A DNA stretch of 64,000 nucleotides. Source: Lama guanicoe. Taxonomy: Eukaryota. How positions within the stretch are numbered: position 1 is the stretch's first letter; each line of letters starts with the position of its first letter. The position numbers and the translations under genes were made by a program. The stretch lies in contig MU053379.1 of the NCBI GenBank assembly GCA_013239625.1, positions 3,764,866 to 3,828,865 of the forward strand. The letters are read 5' to 3'. Below, one piece after another: positions 24,311-34,700 of this stretch. Under the pieces are notes generated by a model. It worked only from the letters and a program-made list of their open reading frames with translations, had not been told where the DNA came from and ran no database searches.

Positions 24311-25959
24311 AAGGTAAGATACAAAATAGTATGGCTGTATGCATTTCTTTTTCTGGTTTGGAAGGAAACCCCAGGCAACATTAGCAGTGGTTACCTTTGG
24401 GGTAAATGTTGATTTTATTTAAAATTATTTTTACCTTCCGCAATATTTGAATTTTTTTTCACCATGTGTATGATACGTCATTTAAATTTTGAAAAAACTG
24501 TCTACAAGGGTTACTTGGATGGTGAGATTATGAATAAACTTTGCATTCTTCTATGTCCCTATTTCAGAAACATAATAAATGAGATTCTATCAATAATGGG
24601 GAATTTGGCCTACAATCAGCCTGAGACTCTCCAGGCTGAGAGCAGAAGAGCTTTATTCTTCTGGGCTCGGTGGCAGGATGCTGGGGTGATTCTGGGCTGG
24701 CTGGCGGTGGGGGTGGATGCCCGAGACCCTCGAAGTCTGAAGCAGAGCAGGGACATGGGTCAGATGTCATTCATTTCATGGCGGGTCCCATCAAAACAGA
24801 AGCCACAAACATACCACAGCCTCCAAACTCCTCTTCTCTCTTCTTTGGGGTTTCGAATACATTTTTCTTTTAAAAAAAAATGTGGTGAGAATTTAAAGTC
24901 AAGCTCACCATTGAACAAGAGCATCTAGGAGATGTGAGCGTTGCCCTAACGTGGCCCCTCCATACTTGCCCCCCTGGGGGATCTGGCTGGGACACGTGTT
25001 ATTCTCCACCCTCACCTCTCTGGTCCAGAACTACTTCAGATTCTGCTACCAGCGTGTTCGTGCAGCAAAAGGCCCCGGAAAACAGCCCGGCCACTTCATG
25101 GGAACGGCCAGTGGTGAATGTCAGTACACAGAGCGGCTGGTTATCTCTCTGGGGGTTAAGTTACCGCATTCAGTGTGGGCTTGTGAAGACAATGGTGGGG
25201 CCCGTCACGCCGGAGTGATCCTTTTACCTGCGCCATCTAAAGTGACATTGGAATGAAGGGGCACTTGAGAGCTATCAGTTTCCTAGGTAAGTTCTGCAAA
25301 CAAGCTCACAGATCTTCTGCTTCGTGACTGTGCCCCACCTGGCCGAAGGAGGCCGGCCCTCCTTGTGACTCCTGGGGACAGATGAAAGGCGGCTGCGCCC
25401 AGGCGGAATTCCACTGTCGCAGTGTTGACTCGAGGTCGCCCAGCGCCACCCCCGTAAACCTGGGCTGTCAGGGGACTGCTTTTCCTGCCAAGCGCCACAT
25501 CCTGAAAGCATCAACCACAATTAAAACGTATTACAAAAAGCGCTGGAAAGGCAGGCGGGGTTTCCCGCCTGTGTCCGCGAATAAATTCACCTCCCACCTG
25601 CCAGCACCTGGGGCTTTCGCAACACTGTGCTCTATCATTTTTCTTTCCAAGATACCACACCTCCCATTTCTCACTGCAAGGAACTGTGGTGACAGACGCT
25701 TAAGAATTTTATTTTCTTTTGAAAGGAACTCAGATTACAGCAGGGCTGCACCTAGAAAGGTGTCACAGGAGAGCAGACGGGGAGGGAGCAGAGAGGGAGG
25801 TTCCAATGCGGTTGTGTCTGCAGCCTCAGAGAAGGAGGGCTGAGCTGAGTCTGAGGCCGAAATCTGTTCCGGGGACAAGACCTGCCTCAGTCCCTCAGCT
25901 CTGGGACATCAGCTCCACTCTTTTAAAAAAATACTTCTGATTTTTTCATTTTAATTTTT

Positions 25960-26031
25960 GGAATTTTAAAATTGAGGTATAGTTGACTTACAATGTTGTG
26001 TTAATTTCTGGGGTACAGCATAGTGATTCAG

Positions 26032-26063
<32 letters not shown>

Positions 26064-26280
26064 TCCTTTCCATACTCTTTTTCATTATAGGTCACTACAG
26101 GATATTGAATACAGTTCCCTGTGCTGTGCAGTAGGACCTTGTTGTTCATCTATTTTATATATAGTAGCTGTATCCACAAATCTCACACTGCCAATTCATC
26201 CCTCCCCACCCCCTTTCCCCCATGCTAACCATGTCTATCTATTCTCTGTGTCTCTGAGATGGTAACTGTAAGTCTGTTCT
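25960..26280 (-). mobile_element. Lineage-specific L1 3' end containing (CA)n
   Basis: 'ttgaggtatagttgacttacaatgttgtgttaatttctggggtacagcatagtgattcagt(ca)n...gatattgaatacagttccctgtgctgtgcagtagg'; (CA)n at ~26032-26062. Confidence 0.9.
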
Positions 26281-26737
26281 CTGAGTCTCTGTCTCTGTGT
26301 CTCTGTGTATCTCTGTCTCTGTCTCTGTGTCTCTGTGTCTTTGTTTCTGTGTCTCTGTCTCTATTTCTATGTCTCTGTCTCTCTGTCTCTTTTTCTGTCT
26401 TCATCTCTGTGTCTCTGTCTCTGTCTCTGTGTTTCTATCTCTGTCTCTGTCTCTCTGTCTCTGTGTCTCTGTCTCTGTGTCTGTGTTTCTGTCTCTATCT
26501 CTGTATCTCTGTCTCTGTCTCTGTGTCTGTGTCTGTGTCTCTGTTTCTGTGTTTCTATCTCTGTCTCTGTCTCTGTGTCTGTATCTCTGTGTCTGTCTCT
26601 GTGTCTCTGTCTCTGTGTTTCTGTCTCTGTGTCTCTGTCTCTGTGTCTCTGTCTCTTTTTCTGTCTCCATCTCTGTGTCTGTCTCTGTGTCTGTGTCTCT
26701 CTATCTCTGTGTCTCTGTCTCTGTCTCTGTGTCTGTG
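26281..26737. repeat. Compound low-complexity microsatellite (TCTCTG/TCTGTG/TCTA units)
   Basis: About 455 bp of interleaved CT/GT units, almost A-free on the + strand. Confidence 0.95.
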
Positions 26738-27199
26738 ACTCTCTGCTCTTTAGATGGCAGTCTCACTCTCACCAATATTCTCAAAACACTGGAAACTTCC
26801 GTGTGTGAGGGTCGTTTGTTCACATCAACCAGTATGTGTTTATTGATGACTTACCACCTCCAAGCCTGGGGAGCTGGAGAACAGGGCGTCCCGGCCACCA
26901 GATGCCAGCCCACCAGTAGGGCTTTCAGACCTTCGCAACAGCTGCACCGACCCGGTGATGCCAGCCTCCTATCTGGACCACCACACGCGACATAAAATCT
27001 GAGCCACCTGGCAGGATTCTGGTCCCCGCCCTCCCTTCCCACCTGCTTGAGCGCCTTCCCTCGGCTCTCAGCTCTGTCCACCACATATAAATGCTCCTCC
27101 ACCATCCTGCCTTGACCTGGCGGGGTCCTTTCTCTGGAATACCTCTCTGCTTTATCCACAGCACCTCTGTTCACTGAAGATCCAGCTCGCGTGCCGTCT

Positions 27200-27470
27200 T
27201 GTCTGGGGAGCTTTCTCTCAGTCCCACTGGGGAGCTTCTGGGAGACTGTGCAGAACAGACCTCAGATCTGCACCCAAACGAGAGGGGGAGGAAGATGGGC
27301 ATTTACCCTCCAGCTACCCGCTGCCATCAAGTGAGGACCCTCCGGGGCAGTGAGTCCTCCAGTGCCGGGTCTGCCCTAGACCCTGCTGGCCAAAGAAAGC
27401 CCTCAGTGGAGGGTCCCATGAGCTTTCAGTCCAAATCAGGCTGCACGCTTAGGACTGGTGGGTGCTGAGG
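27200..27470 (-). mobile_element. LTR16C-like LTR fragment
   Basis: 'ctcagtcccactggggagcttctgggagactgtgcagaacagacctcaga...gagggggaggaagatgggcatttaccctccagctacc'. Confidence 0.7.
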
Positions 27471-27669
27471 GGACATGCTGGTCGCCAAAGGAGTCTGCTA
27501 TAAACTTCTTCACCCGCAAAATCAGAGAATCCTAGAGAAAGAACAGATCATAGACACCAGGTACCCAATTAAGATCACGTACTAAAAATATAAGTCGTAT
27601 CTAGAAAGATGTCTTCCAGAGGGAGCTCCTGGACGAGGCAATGATAATAATGCAGAAATCAGAGAAACA

Positions 27670-27865
27670 CTCTCACAGTTTATAAAGCTTTTATATATAT
27701 ATTTCCTTTAAAAAATAATTTGAGTTTCCCAAGAATCTCATGAGCTATTCAGAGCCGCTATTACCCCATTTTTCAGATGAGAATAAGGCACAAAGTGTCA
27801 GCGGGTGAGCAGCAGAGTCAGACCCAGTCACCGGTCCTCCTGCGTCTGGGACTGCTGCTCTGGAC
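27670..27865 (-). mobile_element. MIR fragment
   Basis: 'ctattaccccatttttcagatgagaataaggcacaaag'. Confidence 0.65.
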
Positions 27866-29269
27866 TTAACAGAGGATTAGAAATGTTCTGCCCACTTCAG
27901 GGTCAGGGCCTGGGGAAGTCAGTTCACGGCTCAAATATTCCTTACCCCATTCCCGGCAACAGAGCCAAACCAAGAACAGGACTGCTCATTCTAAGATAAA
28001 TTCAGTCTTTTTATCTCTAGATGGTTTTGAGAAGTATTGCAAAAACGAGAAAACACTCCAGGATGGCCAGACAAATTCCCTCTTAATTCAGTTTCGTATG
28101 TTTCCAAAATCAGTCCCAACGTTAAAATAGGCAATGAAGTTTGTGTACTTCAATCTAGAAATTGGCAGAATTATAAATATAGCTGTGTAAGTATTAAGAT
28201 TAATGACACAAGAACAAGCATCATGGACTTTGGGGAGGCTCTGTCTTAAACACCCAGCATTAACATTTTTAAATGAAACATGGAGTATTAAAAAAAAACA
28301 GATTGCACTTTAGCACACTGTGGTAGCTGAGTTGGCGTCTAGCCACAGATTTATCAGGAAGGGGAAAGCACCCTGGGAGCAGAGGTGGGAAGCCCCCGAT
28401 GCACTCGGAGGGAGAGGTGGGCGTGGGCAGGGTGGGAGGGCGTGGCGGCCCCTTTGAGCATTAATGAACGTCCGCTGCTATGCTGTTGAAAAATCGGTTC
28501 TCTGTGATGTTTCTCCAGAATCAGTGTCCTCTTCCTGTTACATTCTTTTCTGCTTTTCAAAAGTTCTTTCCCCCAGTAATTTCTATTAAGAATCCCAAAT
28601 ATTCCAGTGATTATTTGAAGCTGTATGCTTTTCATTACTCCTGATACCATTTCTGCATTTGTATTCAGTCCATGTTAACCCAGTGCGGGAGTTCCAGCCC
28701 GGCCGAGTCTTCGCGCCTGCTGCCTGGGATGCTCGCGTCAGACAGCAAGCAGCCATCCTAGCTGAGTGGTCACGCCTTTCCGCCTGCGAAGAAACATCCC
28801 CGAAGTGCGAAGCACTATTTCAAAATATAACAAACATCAGGGTGACCAGGAGAGCCGGTTACAACACAGACAGGGCTGGACAGCACCTCCAGAAGCTCCG
28901 GCTCAGCAGGACTGGCCGAGACCCAGACAGCTGCACACCTGACAGCTTCCCAGGATAAATGGTGCCAGTGCCGGACCGCAGGCTGAGGCGCCCTGGGGCG
29001 GGGCAAGGGTTACACTGGGGCTTCCCGTCTCATGGGAGATGGCGACTCCTTAGCGTCAGAGGGATTTTCAGGAGTAACTGTCCGAGAGGCAGATTGAGTA
29101 CGCGAGTTCAGGAGTGGGAAGTATGCCCGACAGATCTCTGCCTGATACACAGCATCGGTGTCACTGCAAGCCGGCCACGGTGTCTCGGAATCCTGTCCAC
29201 ATATCCTGTACTTAGTGACGTGGACACTTAGTGCAAATACTCCTTGGACTAGTATTTAAAGCCAGGAGA

Positions 29270-29480
29270 GGTGGTGATGGACGGACTCCCAGAAGCTCTG
29301 GACTGAGACCTGGTGGTGCCTCCCCTCCCCGTTTTTTCTGCTGTGTGACCTGAAGCAGGTCCTTGCCCTCTCGTGGCTTTGGCTCCTCCCTGGTCAAGCG
29401 GTGATTACACGAGCAGCCCCGATCGACGTCCCGGCTGCAGTGGCCGTCCACGCAGCAGCGAGGCCAGGTCTGTAAGGGTG
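29270..29480 (+). mobile_element. MIR with GC-enriched 3' half
   Basis: 'ctgctgtgtgacctgaagcaggtccttgccctctcgtggctttggctcctccc' MIR core followed by CpG-rich colinear sequence. Confidence 0.55.
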
Positions 29481-29869
29481 AGGGGTGAAGCGGGAGCGGC
29501 CTGTCCCTGGAGCGGAGCCGGGCTCAGCCCGCACCGCCGGCCCCGCGCCCCCACCCCGGTGGACTGCATATGGCGTCTCACCTTGTTCTCTTTCAAGATG
29601 AACTCTCATTCCCCGGGAAAAATTTCTCAGCCTTAAAGCCACAACTTCAAAAATGTGGTGGGAACCACATTTAAAAGGTCTGGCAAATGGTTGGTTGATT
29701 TCATTTTTTTTTAAACTGCACTTTTAAAACAAACCCCAAATAGAGATGAAAGCCAAGAATTAAAATATACGTACAAAATAGAAAACATTAATATTCTCAA
29801 GTACGGCGAATTGAATAATCATCATAAGGAAACAATAAAACGCGCAGTGACTCAGACCAGATGATCACC

Positions 29870-31090
29870 GCCCGTCTCCAGGATGCTGGCACATGTGGTC
29901 CGTGTGGAGACCGGGGTCCAGCCAGGCGGGTGCTGGCCTCGCCCGCGCAGTCACTCCCCGAAGCCCGCCTCCGACAAGTACCCGTCCCGTAACCAAGCTT
30001 CAGCCTCCTCGCTGGCAGGGCGGGGGCCGGGGGGAGACTGAAGGAAGGCTGTTAAATTTTACAATCGGGACGCCCTGCGTTACCGCGTCTCTCGGTCCAC
30101 AGCGCCTTGAGCTCTAGTCTGCTTGCCGACCGTCCTCACAGCCCGTGCTCCCCGCGTGGTGACTCTTACTCCGTGGAGGCAGCCGAGGAGCTGAGGGCCG
30201 AGGCATCTGCGGGGAGTCCAGACAGGAGCTGGGGCACCGGAGGAGGGGAGAGTCCCCGGCACCCCTTCCTCGCCCTCGCTCCCCAGCCCAGCCTCCCGCC
30301 CCCCTGTCCCCAGCCCTTCAGCAGTTTCACTGACGAAGGTGGGTCTTCCCACACCTCGACTTGGAAGAACTTACCAAGAGAAAGGAGGAGCGGTCAAGAG
30401 AAATGTTTCTGCGGTGGCGTCCCCTGTCCCACCCCATGCCATCGACCTTAGACCCCAAACCAGAGTGCCCCGGGGCGGTGGGCACATGGCTTTATGTCCC
30501 AGGAGCAGCGCTGGGGGTCGCGCCCGCCGCCCCGCCGCGTTCCCGAAGGCCCGGGCCGGCCTGCCTCCTGCCTTCCTCCCCCTGTGCGGCCGGAGACGGA
30601 AGGCGGCCCTCGCCGGGCTCAGACCTGCCCTGAGCTCCCCCGCCTCGCAGCGCGGACGCCGACCTCACCGCCCGCCGCGGATTCCTGTGCCGCCTCATCG
30701 TGTATCACAGGGCCGAGCCGCAGCTTCTAGAACTGGCTCTGGATGCATGGAAGCCGTTTTTCGTACATCCACTTTCAATACTGCTTCCCACCTGCGTGAC
30801 ACGGACGCGGGGAGAGCCAGCGCATACTTCCCGGCCCGGGGGCGGCGCCGGCGCAGCCGGGACGGCCGGGGACGGCAGCTGGCTGGTGCTGCCGGAGCTG
30901 TCGTCCCCGCCCCAGCAGCCTTTCTGGGTGAGAGATTCTTCAAAGCACACGCACTCGAGGCCAGGCTGTTTCTCTTCGGTTTTCTATGCTCCTCCCCAAG
31001 ATGGACGGGTCACGCGTGCTCACGCAGCTTCCGGGAGAACATCGGACGGAATGCGGGCTGCGGTTTGAATCCCCCTCCGGACAGACTGGG
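29870..31090. other. CpG-island-like region (core 30470-30920)
   Basis: High CpG density; no recognisable coding exon. Confidence 0.55.
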
Positions 31091-31574
31091 CTGTCATTTC
31101 AGCAGGGATTTATGTGTTTAAAATACGAGATGCCGTACAGTTCCGAGCTGTCAAGCCCCGGGAGGGAGGCTCACACAGAAAGAAGCACCGCCCGTGCGGC
31201 TGGCCACTGGAAATACTCCTTACCTTACTCCGGGTGGTCAGGCAGCTCCATACAAATGTCACCCTTCACTTTACATTACAGGCTTGGAAAATCATGCCAA
31301 AAAAAGGCAGAATGGCTGCTTCAATTTTTATATCACTTTGGTGAAAACACATGTACTCCCCAAGACCAAAGGACTCTGTTCAATAAAAAAAGACTTCATG
31401 GTGGAGACCTAGAGAGAGCGAAACTCCACGAAGCCTGAAGTTTTAAAAATAGCAGCGCTCCTTCTATTTGTTTAGAAAATAGTGATGTGGGAGAAGGGAT
31501 AACTTTTTTATTTTTATAAAACTCTCTTCCATTTTACCATTTATCCTTTGATAAAATTAAGACCTTGATGAGTC

Positions 31575-32060
31575 TTTTATTGATGTGAAATCTATTACCG
31601 AAAACTTAGAGGCTCAAAATGACAGCTGTTTCTGGCTCGTGGTTCTTTGGGCCGACCGGCCAGGCCTGCGGCGGCTGCATTCTCTGCTCAGGGTCTTATG
31701 AGGCCGAAGTCGAGGTGAGGGCCAGGCTGTACCCCTCTCCGGCGGCTCCGGGGCACTACTTCCAGACTCCCGCAGGCATTGCCTGGACCCTGCTCCTTGC
31801 AGCTGTAGGACTGACACTTCGTTCCTTGCCGGCTGTCAGCCAGCAGGTCACGCTTAGCTCTCAGACGTCACCCACCCCCACCCACCGCCTTCTTTCCCAC
31901 GTGGTTTCCGCCATCTTCAGGCCAGCGGCGGAATCTCCTTCCCCTTGTGGCCCTTTCCCGCTTCCAGCATGTCCTTCCGTGAGACCAGTCCCTTTTACAG
32001 GCTCCCCGAATAGGCCAGATGCATGGAGGGTAACCTCTCCATCTTAGGGCTCAGTGGCCG
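31575..32060 (-). mobile_element. MLT1D/E-like MaLR LTR
   Basis: 'ttaccgaaaacttagaggctcaaaatgac...ctctgctcagggtcttatgaggccgaagtcgaggtg...ctccttgcagctgtaggactga...ccttgccggctgtcagcc'. Confidence 0.8.
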
Positions 32061-32069
32061 CTTGCAGCC

Positions 32070-32265
32070 GGTCCCTCTCAGGGCCAGCTGCTGGCTGTGA
32101 CGTGCCAAGAGATGCTCAGTCTTACCTGATCTTCTCATTTTTGAGAGAAGCCAGAATTCTCTTGAATTTTAAAGGTTGCCAGTGATTTCAAATTTTTTGA
32201 AATACTGGGTGAACCGAGTAAAAACACATTTGTGGTCTTGACGGGGCCTGTGCACCACCTGCTTC
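32070..32265. mobile_element. Ancient hAT DNA transposon fragment (subfamily uncertain)
   Basis: 'gatcttctcatttttgagagaagccagaa...ttttaaaggttgcca...aaaacacatttgtggtcttgacggggcctgtgcaccacc' resembles old hAT elements. Confidence 0.45.
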
Positions 32266-32287
32266 CTTCTTTCTGTGGTCTGGAGGC

Positions 32288-33020
32288 ATTCACTCATTCA
32301 TTCATTTGAAGGCTGTTACTGAGCACCTACTCTGTGCCCTGATTCTAGGCAGTGGGAGCACAGGCTGGTCACGGGGACATTTGAATGCAAATCTGAAGGC
32401 GTGGAGGGGTAAACAGGTGTCCCTGTAGGTGGCAAGCATTCTGGGCAGAAGACACAGCAAGTGCAAAGGCCCTGAGGTGGTCGAGTGCCAGGTGTGCTCA
32501 GAGTGGCATGGACACTGTGGCCGGGGGACTTGAGCAGGGGAGAGCAGAGAGGGGGTCAGAGTGCTCTGTAGGCCAGATCAAGTGAGGGCCGGGCTGCTCA
32601 GGGGAGCTGGGGTGTGTCCAGTCCAATCTGAAGGCCAGAGGACCACGGCGGGGGGCCAATGGTGTCAGTGCTAGTCTGAGTGCAGGAGACCCATGTCCCC
32701 GCTCAGGCTCTTCCTTCCTCAGCGTGGGGCTATGCTCAGGCCCTCAGCAGGCTGGCTGCTGCCCGGTCAGGCTGTGGAGGGCGCACTGCTTTGCTCCGTC
32801 TACTCATCTGAAAACACCCTCCCAGGCACCTCCAGAAATAACGGTCCCATGATGCAGTCAAGTGGACACGTAGAATTAACCGTCACCGTAAGGGTGTGAG
32901 ACCACTTTGGACAGAAACGGGAAGCCCCTGGGGACTCTGAAGGTGAGAGGCGGAGTGGACTGCTGGACGTTCACAAGTGACCCCTCTGGCGATTCTGGAA
33001 GAGTCAGGGGGAGAACCGGG
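32288..33020 (-). mobile_element. L2a 3' region split by an MLT2 insertion
   Basis: (CATT)n tail 'cattcactcattcattcatt...tactgagcacctactctgtgcc', 'agcattctgggcagaagacacagcaagtgcaaaggccctgaggtgg'; L2-like sequence resumes at ~32890. Confidence 0.8.
32595..32886 (-). mobile_element. MLT2B-like LTR nested in L2
   Basis: 'ccagtccaatctgaaggccagaggacca...atggtgtcagtgctagtctgagtgcaggagac...gaaaacaccctcccaggcacctccagaaataac...cagtcaagtggacacgtagaattaaccgtcac'. Confidence 0.8.
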
Positions 33021-33487
33021 AGATGAGTGATGCTCCTGTCACTGGAAAAGGCAGACTCAAGGTACAGCGGCTTCCTGACACTACTGCTCCTGGGTCGGCA
33101 GTGGACAAGGTGAAATCGTCATTATTATAAGTCTCATTATTGGTGGCAAATCACTGCAGCAAATCTGCTCCAAACATTTTGCTTAAGAATCCTCAGCACG
33201 GATTGGGTTTTATCCAAATGGTGTCATTCATAACGTTTGTGTCATCTTCTTGTCCCTTTCGGCAGGTCTTTTCTACAAATGTCCAGATTTCTGTAAGAGG
33301 ACGGCTCTGCTGGTACCTGAGACGTACCCAAATCAGCATTAATTTACATGCAGGTTAAATTTATGACACAGTTTAAACATTTCTATCCACTTAAAAGGAT
33401 GAGCAGAACAAAAAGTGCCTTTTCATGTCTATTTCTGCAAGTCTAGCTTAAAGTGGGAATTCTGTCTGGTGTTTCACCGAGGGAAAT

Positions 33488-33509
33488 GTTTCAGTTTCGG
33501 TCTTTCACT
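33488..33509 (-). promoter_or_regulatory. ISRE/IRF-type motif cluster
   Basis: Minus strand reads AGTGAAAGACCGAAACTGAAAC, containing GAAACTGAAAC plus a third GAAA; motif only, no functional evidence. Confidence 0.35.
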
Positions 33510-33794
33510 CCAAGAGCAAATGTGTGCAGTTAGTGTGAGCTTACACAACTGCCTCCTCAGCAAATGCTTCAATCTGAAATTTGCATCGTGGACAAGAATG
33601 ACATACCAATTAACATGTGTTACTGATATATTTATAACATTTTAGCAAATAAAATAATAATACGAGTCCTGTAATATTGCATTCAGATCTTGACTTTGAT
33701 GGTAAACCAATAATGAAAGATATGTGTCTGAGAGAATCACTATTAAGAATTATTAAGTGCTAAGTCTTATTAAGCAATTATTAAGTACAGTTTC

Positions 33795-33965
33795 TTTGAA
33801 GCAGACCTCTCCAGAAAAAGAGTACACACTGTTTGATTTCATTTGTATGAGATTCAAGGAGAGGCAAAATCAATCCATGTTGACCGAGATGCAGCCGTAC
33901 ATAAAGCTTCGCGGAACCGTGTGCTTCAGCCGTGCACACGTTACCGCACGTACATCTCTGTGAAA
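33795..33965 (+). mobile_element. L1M 3' UTR fragment
   Basis: 'aaaaagagtacacactgtttgatttcatttgtatgagattcaaggagaggcaaaatcaatccatg'. Confidence 0.65.
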
Positions 33966-34682
33966 CAAGAACAGATATCAACACACTTGCCCAGGCCTCC
34001 TTGCGATCTCCTCACGTCTTCTAGAGACCCACTCACTTCCCTGGCTCAGTTGGCCCTCAGTAGATTTTCAGCAACCTTTTTGATTTTCCTGAAGACTGAG
34101 TTCCTTGGGAGCGCTACAGAGGGTTCTTGCATAAAGCTTTTCATCATGTCATCTTTTCAGAAAAAATATTCCAGTGGAAAGAGCGTGAAGTCTGTTCTGT
34201 TGCTATTTGTCTGCACGGCTTTGTTTATTTGTTCCGCATTAGTCAAATGTCTTTTCCTTATTTCCAGTTAGACGAGCAGCAGATACGAAGCATGCTTAGT
34301 TCTGCCCTCCATTCCTGTAAAGAAGCCAAAATTTGCATTTTAATGATTATTTATGTTTCTTTTGGGTTCTTGCAAGGATTATCTGGTTTTACCACAAAAG
34401 CCGTATGTGTATTTCAATAAAACATTGCTAAATTCGGTAATGCTAAACAGGTTGGGTAATACTTGCAGACATAATAAATTCATGATTCTGTCTCCCATTT
34501 ATTCTCCACCTTTCAAACTTTTTTGCTTTCAGAAAAAGTCTGCTTTCCGAGGCCTCAACCAGCTGAAGAGGGTGGGGTTGGCTGGAAAAACAGTTTTCTC
34601 TCTGACTAATTTGAGTCCCTGGCTGGGGAGAAGGAGGAGGTCTGTAAGTCTCTAAGGAGGTGGCTCCGGCCTCTCCTTGGGA

Positions 34683-34700
34683 GACCTGCAGGGGGCGATG
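34683..34700 (+). promoter_or_regulatory. Candidate CTCF site
   Basis: 'cctgcagggggcga' is close to the CTCF core CCASYAGRKGGCRS; motif only. Confidence 0.3.

Noticed and set aside
26259..26995. Long Cys/Leu/Ser/Val-rich and Glu/Thr/Arg-rich ORFs
   Set aside because: Translations of the CT/GT microsatellite, which lacks stop codons
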